NCBI RefSeq assembly: GCF_004010195.1
Contig: NC_057728.1
Coordinates: 47,083,058 to 47,147,057 of the forward strand
Direction: 5' to 3'
Source: Chiloscyllium plagiosum
Taxonomy: Eukaryota
Length of the DNA stretch: 64,000 nt
Below are positions 62,576 through 64,000 of the stretch, piece by piece (the first letter of the stretch is position 1; every line of letters begins with the position of its first letter). The notes beneath the pieces are model-generated. The model worked only from the letters and a program-made list of their open reading frames with translations, was not told the DNA's origin and made no database searches. Both the position numbers and the translations under genes were made by a program.

Positions 62576-64000
62576 TTTCTGATGGAACAGGGATCAGATT
62601 TGGCCAACACCAATACAGTGCAAAAAAATAGGACCAGAGTGATAAATTGACTGAGATAACCACTGCTCAGAATATCTTGCTACCATTACACTGTGCTGGT
62701 AAGCCGTTTAATTGTTTACATATTTCTGCACACTGTCATGGTGAACAAATTCTTGTCTGTTCGTAATACATATCCAAGATGTGTTGGATTTTAGGTAAGC
62801 GTTCTGCAGAACAGAATGTAAATAATATTAGACAGAGATGAGATTTATCATGTCCTCCCAGCAATCTCACAGCATAGACTGGGTTTAATTTATTATAATT
62901 CATGAAATCAGAATCCAGCAAACATCTGTGGTACCCTGGCAAGATTTATCGTGTAGAAAGGGACACTGAAGAGTCTATTTATAACACACAATCCTTTTGC
63001 TTTTTTTTTAAACAAGGTAACTCTCCAGTTAAGTCTCTCCTCTTGACTAGTCTTTGGATTTTCTTGCACCACCTCGTGCTGGTGCTCCCTCCAATACAGA
63101 TACAATGGGCAGAATATTACAGGATTTTCCGAGTGACATGGGCTATGGTGAAATTTGTGGCAGCATTGCATTCCATGCATTTATGCCTTTAACAAGCTGT
63201 GCAGTGAGTTTCTCACTAGGCAGTGGTAAGTAGCTAATTAAATGGGATTATTGTTTGCTCAATACCTTGTGAAGGCAACAAATTGCCTCATTAATATTGA
63301 GCTTGCCGTCTTACCGAACATGTCAAAAAAAAGTTCAACATTAAGAAGCCTCGGCCTGGAAACCAAATGGGTATCTGGAGACCTCAGCTCATCACTTGCT
63401 CCAATAGGACTTCCATGCTGGACACCAGGTCCCAGCATCTCATGGTATAAACGACGGGCACCAGCCACACACACACACCCCACACCCAGGCATTGGCATC
63501 TGATATATGCCAGTATCCAAGAACCCTCATGACACATCTCTGATCTAATTTCAGGAACCTTCTTCACTTTCAATGCAGCACTGTGATCTATCATTGTGAT
63601 ATGGCAAGGATACTGTGCATTCAGTGACACATACCCAGCGCATGGACTGGACCAGGCTGCATCTCCGGCCTGTTCATCATTCTTATTGTACGCACTCAAT
63701 CTCAGCCTACCTGGATGCTCATGGCACCCCTGCCTTGCATTGCCTTTGTGTGATTTGCACCATCAGCTAGAAATATCAGACTCATTATTTCTGTCTTACC
63801 TTACTGTTTAGTGCCAACACGATGGAAGAAAGATTGCCATGTTTGTTGGCAGACTTCAATCAAATCAAGGGAGATAGCCTCCACACAGGGTACTGCACAA
63901 TAAGGCAAGGGCAGCCACTGGAAGCCATCCCAGAGTTTAGATATGGTCAGCAAGCTACCTGAGGCAACCAAAGTCAGAATCCTCTCAATAGCCCATTTCT

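Noticed and set aside
60850..64000. Possible Harbinger Myb/transposase remnants and ORFs 61147..61539 and 63259..63699
   Set aside because: Motif similarity is too weak to support a call by eye.

Overview
Vertebrate non-coding (intronic or intergenic) DNA, almost certainly from a cartilaginous fish. The HE1-like V-SINEs, HER1/CR1 LINEs and SacSINE1-like Deu-SINEs point to a shark; this is inferred from repeat content only. I found no convincing host protein-coding exon. The window is a mosaic of decayed retroelements (CR1/HER1, a second CR1/L2-type LINE with its partner SINE, Rex1/Babar, Tx1, Penelope-like elements or PLEs), old Harbinger/PIF transposase fossils and one 186-N gap. The most striking signal is a population of at least 15 tiny (about 60-250 bp) Penelope pseudo-LTR (pLTR)-derived insertions. 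Many are fold-back hairpins, most have 10-17 bp target-site duplications (TSDs), and most carry a minimal type-I hammerhead ribozyme motif (stem I-CUGANGA-stem II-GAAA-CGUC-stem I'). One motif has a compensatory U3-A8 core variant. A Neptune-type PLE 3' end with an open GIY-YIG frame and an intact hammerhead at 1-760 is a plausible source family. Repeat family names come from recalled motifs, not database searches, and boundaries of old repeats are approximate.
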